A stretch of 64,000 nucleotides of DNA, taken from NCBI GenBank assembly GCA_964019335.1, contig OZ025669.1:620001-684000 (forward strand). The letters are read 5' to 3'. Numbering within the stretch: the first letter of the stretch is position 1; each line of letters begins with the position of its first letter. Of the stretch, positions 20,101 to 29,920 are shown piece by piece. Made by a program: the position numbers and the translations under genes. Origin of the DNA: Diplonema japonicum (lineage: Eukaryota > Protista > Euglenozoa: Diplonemea). The notes below the pieces were generated by a model. That model worked only from the letters and a program-made list of their open reading frames with translations, did not search any database and was not told the DNA's origin.

Positions 20101-23100
20101 GGTTAGGAGCCCTCCAAGTTTCGTCTCCAAGTGCTGGATATCAAGGCAATCATAGGGCGCGGCATGGAAGAGCCTCGCCATCAAAAGCAAAACTTGTCTC
20201 CGACGCCATCCCACTGACGTGTGAGCATGACTCAGCAAAGAAACAATGGTGCTCATTTTGAACACAGACTGCGAGAGATCAGAACAAGCAACAGCCTCAA
20301 TGAAGAGAATCCCCAAGTGGAAGCTGTTGAATTGTGGTCCCGTGTAATCTACATCCAACAGCCGTAGTGCCTCCTGTACGAGGAGTGAAGCAAGCTCCTC
20401 ACGTGCACTATACGTACGTAGCAGCGTGTAGAGTCCTTTATTCACGGATTCCTGATCAAGTTGCCCCCTGTACGCCATGGCGGACCCTTTGGCGATGAAT
20501 TTCAAGACTAAGAGCGGCGGACCTGTGTCTTCTTCTTCCCAAACAGTGCTCTTGGATGACGCGAGCAGCTGCAATACGCAACGCGCAGCAAACGTAAAGC
20601 TCAACGCAGCGTCGAGTTTCCATGCTTCTCGTCTTATGTCATTCTCAACGCAGAGCCTGCGGAGCACTTCGCTTCTCTTGAAGACATCATATGCGTCCCC
20701 TTCGTCGGAGTCATTGGCATCGGAGTATCCCTCCCACGCTTCATCGTCAGACATCCCTTCGTCGGTGCCCTCCAAGAATGTCGCGAAGTGGTATTCGCTG
20801 ATGATGTCCGGCAGTTCATTGTCATCTCTGTCGCCATCCTGCCATGGTTGTTGCACTTCCTGCAACGGGTCTTGACAGATCGGTTCGTCAAGCGTATCTC
20901 TGCTGGTTTCATTCTCCTCCTCTTCTTCGTCACCTTCATCAAACTCGTCTCTGTCCGAGATGTCGTCGCCTTCCTCCTCTATTGCATTCAGCGGCCTGTA
21001 CGATCGATGCGGCAACACCCAGTTGATCAACGCGCACATCTCTCCCAAGTGTTGGAAAGGTACCGGGTCAGACGTCTCGATCCTGAGTGAGCACAATTTC
21101 AGTAAGATCAACACAGCGTGGCTTTTCAAAACGCGTGTCACGTCTTTTTCTTGAAGAGAAGTCATGCTGGCGTACAAGGAACGCAGAATCGACGGGAGTA
21201 GTTTGCTGAAAGCTATTCGTTTCTTCAACTGTGACAGTTTCAGTGTTGGCAACCTGAGCAAAGGTTCCGTGTCGGCGTCAGCCGGGGGATGATGAGTGAG
21301 AACGTCATTCAAAGAGGTAACGGGCTCCAAAACAGTTACCAGCAGACCGCAGAGGCTCGTCGTCACGTCACTAGTATCGGGTACTTCGTGAGCCGTGGCC
21401 AGCATGTCAGCAACACCTATCATGAGTCTGTCGGTATGGACTTCACGCGGTGGGTTGTGTGCTACATCGACAAGAGCATCAGTTTTGGACCTGATGTTAT
21501 TGGAGGCGAGGAAGCTCCCCTTCGCAGTGACTGGTACCACAATGGCAATCGGTCCACTCAGCCTCTGTACAATCACATGCTGCCGTGCTCCCCGCCGCAG
21601 CCTGCACGTCGCCAGCTTCCCTTCGTTAATGCGCACGTCACCGCCACCAAGCACAGACAGAGCAAGGTCTAATCTGCGATGTTGTATCTTGCACAGCCGC
21701 GTGAGACCATCAGCATCACGTTGCTCGCTGAACGTAGTTTCTGCAGTTTCAGAGTCACCCCGCTCAAGCCTCCTTTGCATGCGGCTCCTCCTGCGCTGAA
21801 TACGGCGTGCCTTCCTTCTGGTCTCTTTATCCGACTCTGCTGTGACATCCTCCGTGCCGGTGGAATAGCCGCCTTCGTCATCGCCTTTCTCATCTTGCTG
21901 CCCCTCTGTGTCTTCACCATCCCCCCGCCGCCTCTTCCTCTGCTTCGGCTGTTCGGAACCTTCAGCGTTAGAAGGTGAATCACAACCACTATCACTAGCA
22001 GTCAGCTTCACATTTGGAGAGTCAGCTTGCTCGCCTTCGGTGTCCCCGTACGTCGACCTCCGCTCATTCTTCTTCAGGTTCTTTTTGCGCGAACTGGATT
22101 TTTTGTCAACAGCCTTGGCAATGCCTTGTTCAGTGGTGTCAGGTCCAGTGGACATTAAGGGCTCACCGTCAGGCTTTCTTCTAACCCAGCACTGCGTGGG
22201 GTCCTTGACAATGTTTACGACCACCAACATAATGCACTCCTGCCACGCTGCTTGCTGCAGTAGGATCTTCAACAGCCTGGATGTGGAACGCTGCACTGAG
22301 AAACCCAGGTAGCTCTTTACTACCTGTTGTCGCTTGTGTCGCTCTATCACACCGTACTTCGAAGCGAATCCTATCATAAAGTTAACAGTCGTCTCGCCGT
22401 CCATGGCCGACTCGTTGGGGAAGAGATTCCCGAGGACACTCTGCACAGTGCTGTCGGCAACAGAGGGTGAGATGGCAGGCATCACGATGCGCAAGAAAGA
22501 GAAGGCGTTTTTACAAATCTCCACATTGTGCCGAGGGTCGAAGCTAGCAAGAAGCTGCACTACAATCTTGAGTAACTCAAGTTCTTGGACGATCTCAAGC
22601 AGCACCGACGGTGCTGTTGTGACTAATGCTGTGGTGAAAGCAAGCCATGCAGAGGCATTATCAGATCTCGCGGCAATGGCCAAGTCGAGCGACTGGAGCA
22701 TGGAACGTTCCCTCTTCAATGATGTCCCGAGCTTCCTTCTCATCTCACGTGCAGCAGAGGCCACTGGGCTTTTTGGAGGCAGGATGTCCATGGAGGGTGA
22801 GTTCCTCCGCGATGACGAGTTCCTTGTCCCTGAGGAATGCCGCGTCAGCAGGTGACACCGTATCTTGTCTACACGCATCCGGTGGTCGGCCTCGTCTAGT
22901 TTTGAGCGTAACTTAGTGAGCTTCCCCTTAACTTCTACATTGTCCCTTTTAAGTGTAACTAATGAATCGTAAGCACTCTTGAGTTCCTCTACAGCTACGC
23001 TGACAACCTTCCTAAGAAAAGATACTTGCATGCCATCCCTGCCAGTGTCCGATTCGCCGTCTGACTCTGCTTCAGTGGTTTCTATCTTCTTGAGATCTCC

Positions 23101-26100
23101 TACAGGAGACTCGCTTGACTTCACAACCTCTTCCTTCTCCCCTTCTGGGGGAAGACTGTTATCGCCGAAGGCAAAGGTGTTTGAATTGATTTCAGCACCC
23201 GGACCTGCCTCCATTGCTGCACGCAGTGCCAAGAGCTGCAGCACTTGCCATGCTTTTGCGCGAAGTGCAGCCAACTTAGGAGGTATGGTGCTTGTGGCGT
23301 CAAAGAGCTGTCGCAGAGTAGACAAAATGTCCAACCGCAGGACCAGACCGTAGTCAGCACCCTTCCATGCACAAGACATCAGATCCAAAAACAGCTCCAC
23401 CTTCTCAATGTCACGCTCGCTGCTCTCTCCAATGTCACATCCTTGCCCCACAGTGTCGCTGCTCAGCCTCTTCGCAAGACGCGACACAATAGAGTACACA
23501 TTCGTCTGTATTGCCGTCTCCACCTCTCTTCCACAGCAAGCCAGGTTATCGAGGTAGTGGTGCCCTTTGATGGACTTGATAAATGCACGGACCAGGCCTG
23601 AGTTTGCGCTTGGCAAGCTTGGGGGTGCCGCTTCGCCTTCTGAGACAAGTGCTGTAAATTCAAAGATCAGTTTCTCAAAGCAATCAAGGGCAGACAACCG
23701 CCGCCTTCCTAAGAGGCGTCGCTTTGCAACAAAATCGTCAAAATAGGAAGCGGTCACTCTTTCATCTTGGCAGAATTGCAGGACTGCTGCTTCGCGCCTC
23801 TCAGGTGTCGCACCCAACGTAGCATTACGAGACTTCCTCATCATCCACCGTAGGCGCGAGACAACTACAGAACCACCCATTGCTTTCTTCCATGTGCTGG
23901 ACATCCTCCTCATTTCTGTTGTTGACTCTGACCGCATGAGGTCGGCCATCGTGTTCGTAGCCATCAGAGGGTTCGTCATAGCGTCACCAGCCGCACGCAG
24001 TGATGTTGTAATTTCACGTGTGGGGGGGTGCCTCAGCAGCACCATTGCCCTGCCAAGGACCTCTTTAACAGGGTCCCGTACAGTACCTGATGCGGACTTC
24101 TCTTCATCTTCACATCTGCTGTTTCGAGACTTCTGTCTCAGCTCTAACAACCAATGTCTCAGCTCTTCAACGCGCCTCCACAAGCGCACAGCAGGACGGG
24201 GTGCTTCATCGCCTGCAACCACAGCATCGTGGAGCTTCCCCGCACTGAAACCCATGTGGCAGAGAAGGGCCGCAAAAATTGCTCGCAGCACCTGATTGAT
24301 GGAATCGCCTCCTAGATGGGGCTGTGCTGTGGGGAGGTTTTTACGGAGTAGCATCGTAACCAGCTTGCCCCCGTCATCAGTGTTGCCGATAACAGACATC
24401 CAAAACTCGTGGGGTTCAGTGGCGCTGTCGGCCTCCAATGACAGATCGGTGATCCAGGGAACAAGGGCGTCGTCGATAGGTGTGCAAGGAACCGAGTACG
24501 ATGAGGTCAGTGCATGGCAGACACGGGCAGTCGTGTAGATCAACCCCAGGACAACGTCATGCAGCCAATGTACTGAAGGGAAGGGGATGTTTACCTGTCC
24601 TGTGACAGTGATTTTGAAGCCCCGTTTTTCAATGGGAGGGTGAATATCGTACTTAGCACACGACGTATCGAATTGGAAGATGATCGTGTCTGTACCCGCG
24701 AAGGTAACGGGGTCATCTGGCCACCCCCGTGGCATGTTCAGAGGCTCTCCCTCCATCTCAGGATCACGTCCCGGCAAGTGAGCTATCAAGCTTTCGCCAT
24801 TCAAAACCCACTGCGGATCAAAGGACAGCGACAGCGACGACGCTCCTGGAATACACACCTTCTGCGTTTGTGGAGCATCGTCCTGTCGCGAGATTGCATG
24901 TACGACGCGCTGCACTGTCAGAGAGCGAGTCTTGTCTGCCTCGCCGCTAAGAAGCTTCTCTTCCGAGTCCAGAACAGACGACATCTTGCTGGCACTTGTG
25001 AACAACGGCAACAAAGGGGAGAGACCTTTCAAAAACTCTTCTGAGTATGCATTGAGCAATGGAAGCGTACCTACAAAGGTAGGGAACACGTGTGCAAGGA
25101 TGGGTGGCTTTTTCATGTCTGGTTTTGCAACAACGGTGCGTAGGTCAACAACAGCAGCGGCAAAGAGATCCCGCATGTAAGGGAAGAATAGTGTTTTCAT
25201 GCAGAAGAGACCTTCGTCAGGCGGGGGGCCTCTTGGAGATGTACCTGAAGACGACGGTGTTGACGGGTCAGAGGGTGATGAAGCTGGCACAACGTGCTGC
25301 CGTACTGTGCGGTGGAGAGCAACTGCAAGCGACGTGAGATTGCTCTGTAATTGAAGTAAAGCTGAACACGCTGCCTTTTTAAGGGGCCTTGAAAAACTGC
25401 CGCCGGGTCCCAGTGCCGTCAGCAACACCCGCGCAAAGGACAACATGATTAGAGACCCTGTTCCCTCCCCGAAAGCCTTCAGGTGTGACTCTCTCATCAT
25501 TGCACCAAGGCTGGGGTCCTTCGACAGTGCCTTCAGTGTTCCAAGAAGCATGGCACTCCGACTGCAACTGAGGTTTGTAGCAGACAGGCTGCTGATGATG
25601 TAGTTAACCTTGTTGTAGACAGAAGGGATCCACACAGGTACGTAGGAGCATAGGAAGGAAGTAGCAGCGAGTTTGATAATTGGAAGGTTGCTCGGATCGT
25701 CCAGTACAATTTCAGCCATCTTAACCAAAGGCTTCAAGCAACATTCTTCGCCTCCTAGCCCGACTGCGGAAGGTGCTACTTTAGCACGTAGGAGCATTAT
25801 CAAGTGAAGAGACGCAAGCCTAAAATAGGTGTAGAGCATCAGAGGAGTGGCACTAGAGTCGATCTCAGAGAGTTGCTTAAACGTCGGGGCAGCTACATCG
25901 GTCACGAAAGGTATTGAGAAGCAAAGGCCTTCGCTTGTTCTAGCGGCATCAATAAACTTAACAGAAGCGCTGAGAAGCGTTGTCACAACTTCACATCCCT
26001 GAGTTTCCTTCGCACTGGGGATCGAGTCTGTAAGTAGCGAGGCCTGCATGCTAGCCGCTGCTGCGACTGCAGCCGAGGGATCGTCTTCAGGACCCATGAT

Positions 26101-29100
26101 CGCTGCCGCAAGCGAAGAGTCGGGCCATTTGCAAAGCGGTGGGCTCGATCCGCTAGTTGCTATCACGGTCGAGATCACGGAGTCTGACTTACACATCCTG
26201 ATGCATGCTAGGGATCCACTGGGGAGCTCGGCTATCGCTGTGTTGTCGGCTGCAACATTTGTTATCCCTTTAGCAAGAGTGCCACCCCAGTACCAACTGA
26301 CACCCGAAGGCGACACGTCCAACACTATCGACGCATCCATGCAGCTCCCCTTAGCAGCTCTAATTAACTCACTGAAAGGGAACGAACTCTCCGGCAGTAC
26401 GACACCTACTTTTGTTTCCTTTCCGAATGTCCTGCAGAGTATGGCAGACTGCTGCAGCTGCTCGATCGGTGGAAGGATCACAATATTCGGGACAACACAT
26501 TTTGGCGGCGATCCCTGCACGGGGCTTGGCGCACCTGTGATCCACTCAACGGGGCCGTCGAAAGACACGGCTGCTACAGACTCGTCTTTGTGCCAGGCAG
26601 TGCTCACGTCGCGAGGCGTCTCGAAACGCAAAGAAGAGACAACGTCCACCATCACCTGCCCCTTGCCTTCGGTCAGAGGGAGGTACACAGCGAGGTTCGC
26701 CTCCATCCCGGTTAGTGTCATGTGCATGTCACGCTGTATCTCGGTAACTGAACGCGCAGTGTCCCACACACGAAGCTCTAGAAGAGAACCCTTCAGACCC
26801 GCACCTGCAGACCAGCTTTTGTCATTGAGCTTAGGAACGGAAGCACAGGGCGGCGATGTTCCAAGTAGCTCGCCATTGACAATAAGGTGCCACATGTGTC
26901 CCCTGAACATAAATGCCAGGTGACACCAGTCTAGCAAAGCTGAGGAGGGGACCTCGACAGTAGCAGCTGCACCCCTCCCTAGCACGTGCCCTGCTCGGAT
27001 CTCAGCAGTCCCAGACTCTGTCAAAGAAACGAGAAGTTGCACTTCAGACGCATACGACGAGAAACTAATGAGCTTCATAGTTCCCATTCCCACAAGCATG
27101 CTGGGGGATATCTTACACCACAGTTCTATCGTGAACTGCACAGAGGGTGCGATGGGCTGAGTCCCCTGCGTAAGCACCGAAACAACGGTTTGAGAATCCT
27201 TGCACCAGTCCAACGGGGCACTGCGTGTAAAGGAATACCTGCCGGAACGAAACCCGATTGCAAGACCACATTCACCACCGCCAAGCTGCAAACAGGAAGA
27301 GCCCGAACATTTTTCAGCAACAGGCGTAACTTTGAAAGTGCCTGTAGCCAGATCCCATGATGTAAATTGAAGTCTTCTGCTGAGGAGCTCCTCACCTACG
27401 ATTGTGACAGAAGAAGCACCTGCGACCAATCCGTACACATGTATCGAGGGGACGCTAGTAGAGTGAATAGTCCCATCAGGTTTTAGCTCGTTCTTGCAAA
27501 TGCTAAACTTGTGAAGCTTAATCTCGTCGTGCGCTGCTTCTATTCTCACTAGCACAGATTTGTTCATATATAAGACCGAAAGAACACTGGCTTCTAGGTT
27601 CAAATACGAAACGACACGGAAAGCTCCCTGTGGAGGCTTCACTAAGTAAAGCAAGTGGCGCCCCTTGGCAAGGATAATCTCTTCTTCGCTAACTGCGCAT
27701 GCAACATAACCAGACTCCTCCATGTTCGCGGGCCACTCAGCAACAGGTGTCCACAACGGTCTCCCTTGAGTGAAGGGCATCAACAACCCGGCCATTCTAG
27801 GCAGCTTAGAGCTGAGCGCGTGGAAGGTGCTTTGCAGACCAGGGAGCTCGATGTCAGGAGGCAGTTTTCTTAATAGAGAAACCGCAGACAAGATATCGCG
27901 GACGCTGCCGCGTGTCACCGATAATTTCACGAGCCCACATGTGATGTCTACTAGAACACGTGACTTGTTCTCCTGTGGTATTGGACTCGGCATATCACTC
28001 AGAAGAGCATGTGCAGACGTGTTCAAGAAGCCCTGCACAGCTGTAACAAGTTCTGGTGGCAGAGGTGGTGAGGGAGAAGTAGCAGCTAGAGCGAACGGTG
28101 CCACGCCCTCGAGAGCGGCCAAGACAGCACGGGACATGGCCTCCGTGACACCAGGAAAAGGAGAAGCTGACGCGTGGTCGACAAGAGTGAAAAGCATGTC
28201 CATGCGCTCCGACTCTGTCCGCAGCCCCTCGCTACCTCGTCGCGGACGACGAAAGTGGGCTGCTGCCTGTTGTTGCGGTGGTAATCGGTTAACAAAAGAC
28301 TCCTCTATGGGGGCCTTAAGCAGTTTCGGCACTACCGCACTGAAAATGAGGTTGAGAACGGCGAGGCGCTTTTCGTGAAGTGCCGAATACGAAGCATGGC
28401 CACTGCCCTCAAGAGAAGGTCTTGTGACACTTCGCGAAAGGTGTGCTTCCAGCTGCTGTGGGGGTAACGACACAACATCGTCTGTAGCGACACCGTTGTG
28501 CGATGTGAGCGGGAGTGGTGCTATGGGGTGCATGTATTCTGTTTCGGGCTCTTCTTCGTCTGACCACTGCAACGCCGGTAGCGGTGCCTGCGCCTCGCCA
28601 AGCTCGTCATCGCTGAACTCAGATGAATGGATGCTCCTGTCGTCTGCGGTGACAACAGACTCGTTGAGAGACGAGGAGTCCGAGTAATCCAAAATGCTCA
28701 TGCCTTCAGAGGAGCTACTGTGTGACGACGACTCGCGGAGGATCATGCTGGGGTGTGACACGGGTACATTGCTCCAGATCTTCACGGGGTCTGTCACGGC
28801 CGATATCTGAAGCAGCTTTGTGGCTGTTGGTATGTACTTACTGTACTGTGCTTCGTTGAACAGGTCACTCAATGGGAAGCGCGACCAGTCCATCTCATTC
28901 GGGCCGTCCAGCTGGGGTGCAGGCTGGAAGCTTTCTCCGGACTCGATCGGCACAGCAGCATCCCACCAGGACTCCGGAAGGACTCCATCAGCGAGCGGCT
29001 GAGATTCTTGTGCATCAAGAGACTGGCACGGTAGGTAAGCAGTGGGAGGTGTAGCCGTTGTGTTACTCACTGGTACACTAGTTGGAGCGGCTGTGGAAGC

Positions 29101-29805
29101 AGGCTTAAAAAGTGATGCAGGAGGGGCCGAAGGAGTTGTAGTTGCTTGTTGTTGTTGCACAGGAGCAATATCTTGCTGGAGTTCAACAATAATCGGCTTT
29201 GTCGGTTGTGGTAAGTTTGTTTTTCCTTCACCTTCTTTCTCTCTCAGTTGCTTTGCCATCCTGTTCGCAGCTAGCCTCTCGTTAATCCGCTTCAGCATAT
29301 AAGCATCGATGTAGGTGCTCTCCAGACAGACGTCGGTGATGTTGATGTTGAGTCGCAGCAGCTCGTATATTGCCTTTCCACAGGTGCCGATCCTGTTGTG
29401 GGACAGGTCCAGCTGCTGCAAGGCCATGTGGTTTTTTGCAACATCTATAATATGTAACACGCACTTGTGGTCCAAAGAGTTCCCTCTGAGGCCGATTTTC
29501 TTAACACTTTTGCAGACGGTAACAACCTGCAGCAAACTGAGAACCCCCCTACAGCCAATCACATTAGAGGAAAGGTCGATTTCGAACAAGCAGTCGTAGT
29601 CCCCTGGCCGTGGCGACAGCAGGTCGTAAAGGCCAGAGTTCCTTTTGCATCCGTACTTTTTACAGCTCTCGGCATAGATGTCCCTCAGAGCCTTCCCGCT
29701 CCCGATATACTCCCCAAATACAGGCACAATTAGATTTTCTTTCTCATTCTGTTTTTTCTTGTTACCGTTGTTAAGTCCTTCTTCTGTGAGTGGCTCTGCC
29801 TCCAT
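17137..29805 (-). CDS. Giant HECT E3 ubiquitin ligase with N-terminal LRR (RNI-like), LamG and SPRY domains
   Basis: C-terminal HECT (FEGEAAEDAGGPFRES..LPQAHTCFFSIELPEY, catalytic Cys); SPRY (GKWYYEIEI..MQVGW..SWAYDG..WKVGDVIGC..PAASL); LamG (FTIELWCK..LELRVWDTARS..EI); LRR (IDLSSNVIG..LDLSHNRIG). Start placed at MEAEP, directly after a CAG. Confidence 0.92.
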   Translation of the reverse strand: MEAEPLTEEGLNNGNKKKQNEKENLIVPVFGEYIGSGKALRDIYAESCKKYGCKRNSGLYDLLSPRPGDYDCLFEIDLSSNVIGCRGVLSLLQVVTVCKSVKKIGLRGNSLDHKCVLHIIDVAKNHMALQQLDLSHNRIGTCGKAIYELLRLNINITDVCLESTYIDAYMLKRINERLAANRMAKQLREKEGEGKTNLPQPTKPIIVELQQDIAPVQQQQATTTPSAPPASLFKPASTAAPTSVPVSNTTATPPTAYLPCQSLDAQESQPLADGVLPESWWDAAVPIESGESFQPAPQLDGPNEMDWSRFPLSDLFNEAQYSKYIPTATKLLQISAVTDPVKIWSNVPVSHPSMILRESSSHSSSSEGMSILDYSDSSSLNESVVTADDRSIHSSEFSDDELGEAQAPLPALQWSDEEEPETEYMHPIAPLPLTSHNGVATDDVVSLPPQQLEAHLSRSVTRPSLEGSGHASYSALHEKRLAVLNLIFSAVVPKLLKAPIEESFVNRLPPQQQAAAHFRRPRRGSEGLRTESERMDMLFTLVDHASASPFPGVTEAMSRAVLAALEGVAPFALAATSPSPPLPPELVTAVQGFLNTSAHALLSDMPSPIPQENKSRVLVDITCGLVKLSVTRGSVRDILSAVSLLRKLPPDIELPGLQSTFHALSSKLPRMAGLLMPFTQGRPLWTPVAEWPANMEESGYVACAVSEEEIILAKGRHLLYLVKPPQGAFRVVSYLNLEASVLSVLYMNKSVLVRIEAAHDEIKLHKFSICKNELKPDGTIHSTSVPSIHVYGLVAGASSVTIVGEELLSRRLQFTSWDLATGTFKVTPVAEKCSGSSCLQLGGGECGLAIGFRSGRYSFTRSAPLDWCKDSQTVVSVLTQGTQPIAPSVQFTIELWCKISPSMLVGMGTMKLISFSSYASEVQLLVSLTESGTAEIRAGHVLGRGAAATVEVPSSALLDWCHLAFMFRGHMWHLIVNGELLGTSPPCASVPKLNDKSWSAGAGLKGSLLELRVWDTARSVTEIQRDMHMTLTGMEANLAVYLPLTEGKGQVMVDVVSSLRFETPRDVSTAWHKDESVAAVSFDGPVEWITGAPSPVQGSPPKCVVPNIVILPPIEQLQQSAILCRTFGKETKVGVVLPESSFPFSELIRAAKGSCMDASIVLDVSPSGVSWYWGGTLAKGITNVAADNTAIAELPSGSLACIRMCKSDSVISTVIATSGSSPPLCKWPDSSLAAAIMGPEDDPSAAVAAAASMQASLLTDSIPSAKETQGCEVVTTLLSASVKFIDAARTSEGLCFSIPFVTDVAAPTFKQLSEIDSSATPLMLYTYFRLASLHLIMLLRAKVAPSAVGLGGEECCLKPLVKMAEIVLDDPSNLPIIKLAATSFLCSYVPVWIPSVYNKVNYIISSLSATNLSCSRSAMLLGTLKALSKDPSLGAMMRESHLKAFGEGTGSLIMLSFARVLLTALGPGGSFSRPLKKAACSALLQLQSNLTSLAVALHRTVRQHVVPASSPSDPSTPSSSGTSPRGPPPDEGLFCMKTLFFPYMRDLFAAAVVDLRTVVAKPDMKKPPILAHVFPTFVGTLPLLNAYSEEFLKGLSPLLPLFTSASKMSSVLDSEEKLLSGEADKTRSLTVQRVVHAISRQDDAPQTQKVCIPGASSLSLSFDPQWVLNGESLIAHLPGRDPEMEGEPLNMPRGWPDDPVTFAGTDTIIFQFDTSCAKYDIHPPIEKRGFKITVTGQVNIPFPSVHWLHDVVLGLIYTTARVCHALTSSYSVPCTPIDDALVPWITDLSLEADSATEPHEFWMSVIGNTDDGGKLVTMLLRKNLPTAQPHLGGDSINQVLRAIFAALLCHMGFSAGKLHDAVVAGDEAPRPAVRLWRRVEELRHWLLELRQKSRNSRCEDEEKSASGTVRDPVKEVLGRAMVLLRHPPTREITTSLRAAGDAMTNPLMATNTMADLMRSESTTEMRRMSSTWKKAMGGSVVVSRLRWMMRKSRNATLGATPERREAAVLQFCQDERVTASYFDDFVAKRRLLGRRRLSALDCFEKLIFEFTALVSEGEAAPPSLPSANSGLVRAFIKSIKGHHYLDNLACCGREVETAIQTNVYSIVSRLAKRLSSDTVGQGCDIGESSERDIEKVELFLDLMSCAWKGADYGLVLRLDILSTLRQLFDATSTIPPKLAALRAKAWQVLQLLALRAAMEAGPGAEINSNTFAFGDNSLPPEGEKEEVVKSSESPVGDLKKIETTEAESDGESDTGRDGMQVSFLRKVVSVAVEELKSAYDSLVTLKRDNVEVKGKLTKLRSKLDEADHRMRVDKIRCHLLTRHSSGTRNSSSRRNSPSMDILPPKSPVASAAREMRRKLGTSLKRERSMLQSLDLAIAARSDNASAWLAFTTALVTTAPSVLLEIVQELELLKIVVQLLASFDPRHNVEICKNAFSFLRIVMPAISPSVADSTVQSVLGNLFPNESAMDGETTVNFMIGFASKYGVIERHKRQQVVKSYLGFSVQRSTSRLLKILLQQAAWQECIMLVVVNIVKDPTQCWVRRKPDGEPLMSTGPDTTEQGIAKAVDKKSSSRKKNLKKNERRSTYGDTEGEQADSPNVKLTASDSGCDSPSNAEGSEQPKQRKRRRGDGEDTEGQQDEKGDDEGGYSTGTEDVTAESDKETRRKARRIQRRRSRMQRRLERGDSETAETTFSEQRDADGLTRLCKIQHRRLDLALSVLGGGDVRINEGKLATCRLRRGARQHVIVQRLSGPIAIVVPVTAKGSFLASNNIRSKTDALVDVAHNPPREVHTDRLMIGVADMLATAHEVPDTSDVTTSLCGLLVTVLEPVTSLNDVLTHHPPADADTEPLLRLPTLKLSQLKKRIAFSKLLPSILRSLYASMTSLQEKDVTRVLKSHAVLILLKLCSLRIETSDPVPFQHLGEMCALINWVLPHRSYRPLNAIEEEGDDISDRDEFDEGDEEEEENETSRDTLDEPICQDPLQEVQQPWQDGDRDDNELPDIISEYHFATFLEGTDEGMSDDEAWEGYSDANDSDEGDAYDVFKRSEVLRRLCVENDIRREAWKLDAALSFTFAARCVLQLLASSKSTVWEEEDTGPPLLVLKFIAKGSAMAYRGQLDQESVNKGLYTLLRTYSAREELASLLVQEALRLLDVDYTGPQFNSFHLGILFIEAVACSDLSQSVFKMSTIVSLLSHAHTSVGWRRRQVLLLMARLFHAAPYDCLDIQHLETKLGGLLTSYNRQLVPEIESKSGTGDILSMYLQALITLMHAKNCLLPDIKSKPVTDVPPEEAVANGVHNLLTVFSAAAQSFSNGKGLPSCLTENAHQCALPEGWVRYGGPTADFMAVGLGVTLRGVWNDSFEEANVAKSFQSNHSLGSTSSVPWAKRGEHPSVSSGPGPLLLAVACPKAQAESYHNFTTIMGNVAVGCGKWYYEIEIENCSLMQVGWADSKNFTCDSEGGHGVGDDVHSWAYDGMRTCIWHDRKSSPYAMQDGDNKSSRDGDTMRRKKAMERRKRRRQRARRKRRLNQNSSSSQVTPLVQEAQQPGDGWDEGEGDDASTEGEWVDDSAMFSGNEADEADDFFFDDDGLQANTGWKVGDVIGCIIHITADKKADISYSHNGVELGVAFSQVDLSSISGLNPAASLRSGDSAVVNLGAAPFRYCPSGHRGVADSLSWLGNVIRGAYTITDQVPNKAFNDLTMVYSDAWHKAVGHGPLDVSTGNEERKRAQPFEIDEVALIHTVNDKDAPSCLTILSRFNVLARLVLAYVGQEAAMPPVLGNVGTLPGQESSLIGRFMGARDVLFPWAKEPLLDGIIAGACSEGRIASILLSRNYFAQAKGGAGGPTTETLFDQLHALYRSKRPWAFKSHESCDASARLWTVVFEGEAAEDAGGPFRESLTTVCEELMEEAPNSLFISSPNYKGNFGDTRDKWIPRPCSAPSSTEHKLLLSKFRFLGRLIAGCLSINEPMDLSLSSVVWKTLTSTPFDRSDLAAIDQMCLTALDGIVNIDTKGITPELFKDAIDETFVTTLSDGQVIELLPDGRDKEVTFDNREEYARLVIEKRLNEAKEYLLEMREGFIDVLPPAVLDLFTWKVLERRVCGASGISVAELHRGAIYEDIDENSPTVHRFWQALETFTQKDLTNLLRFVAARSRLPVAIKVQPHVVDGNPDDYLPQAHTCFFSIELPEYSSTDVMHDKLQYAIYNCRAIDTDGAPVGLEDMDAEDDEV

Positions 29806-29920
29806 CTGCCACCCCCACCTGTTGAGGATGCTAAACAAAAGAAATATGGAAAAGGAAGGTTCTAACTTGCGGAAGGAAATGAGATACATTACATAACGAA
29901 CCGGAGGAGCGTGGGGCGGT

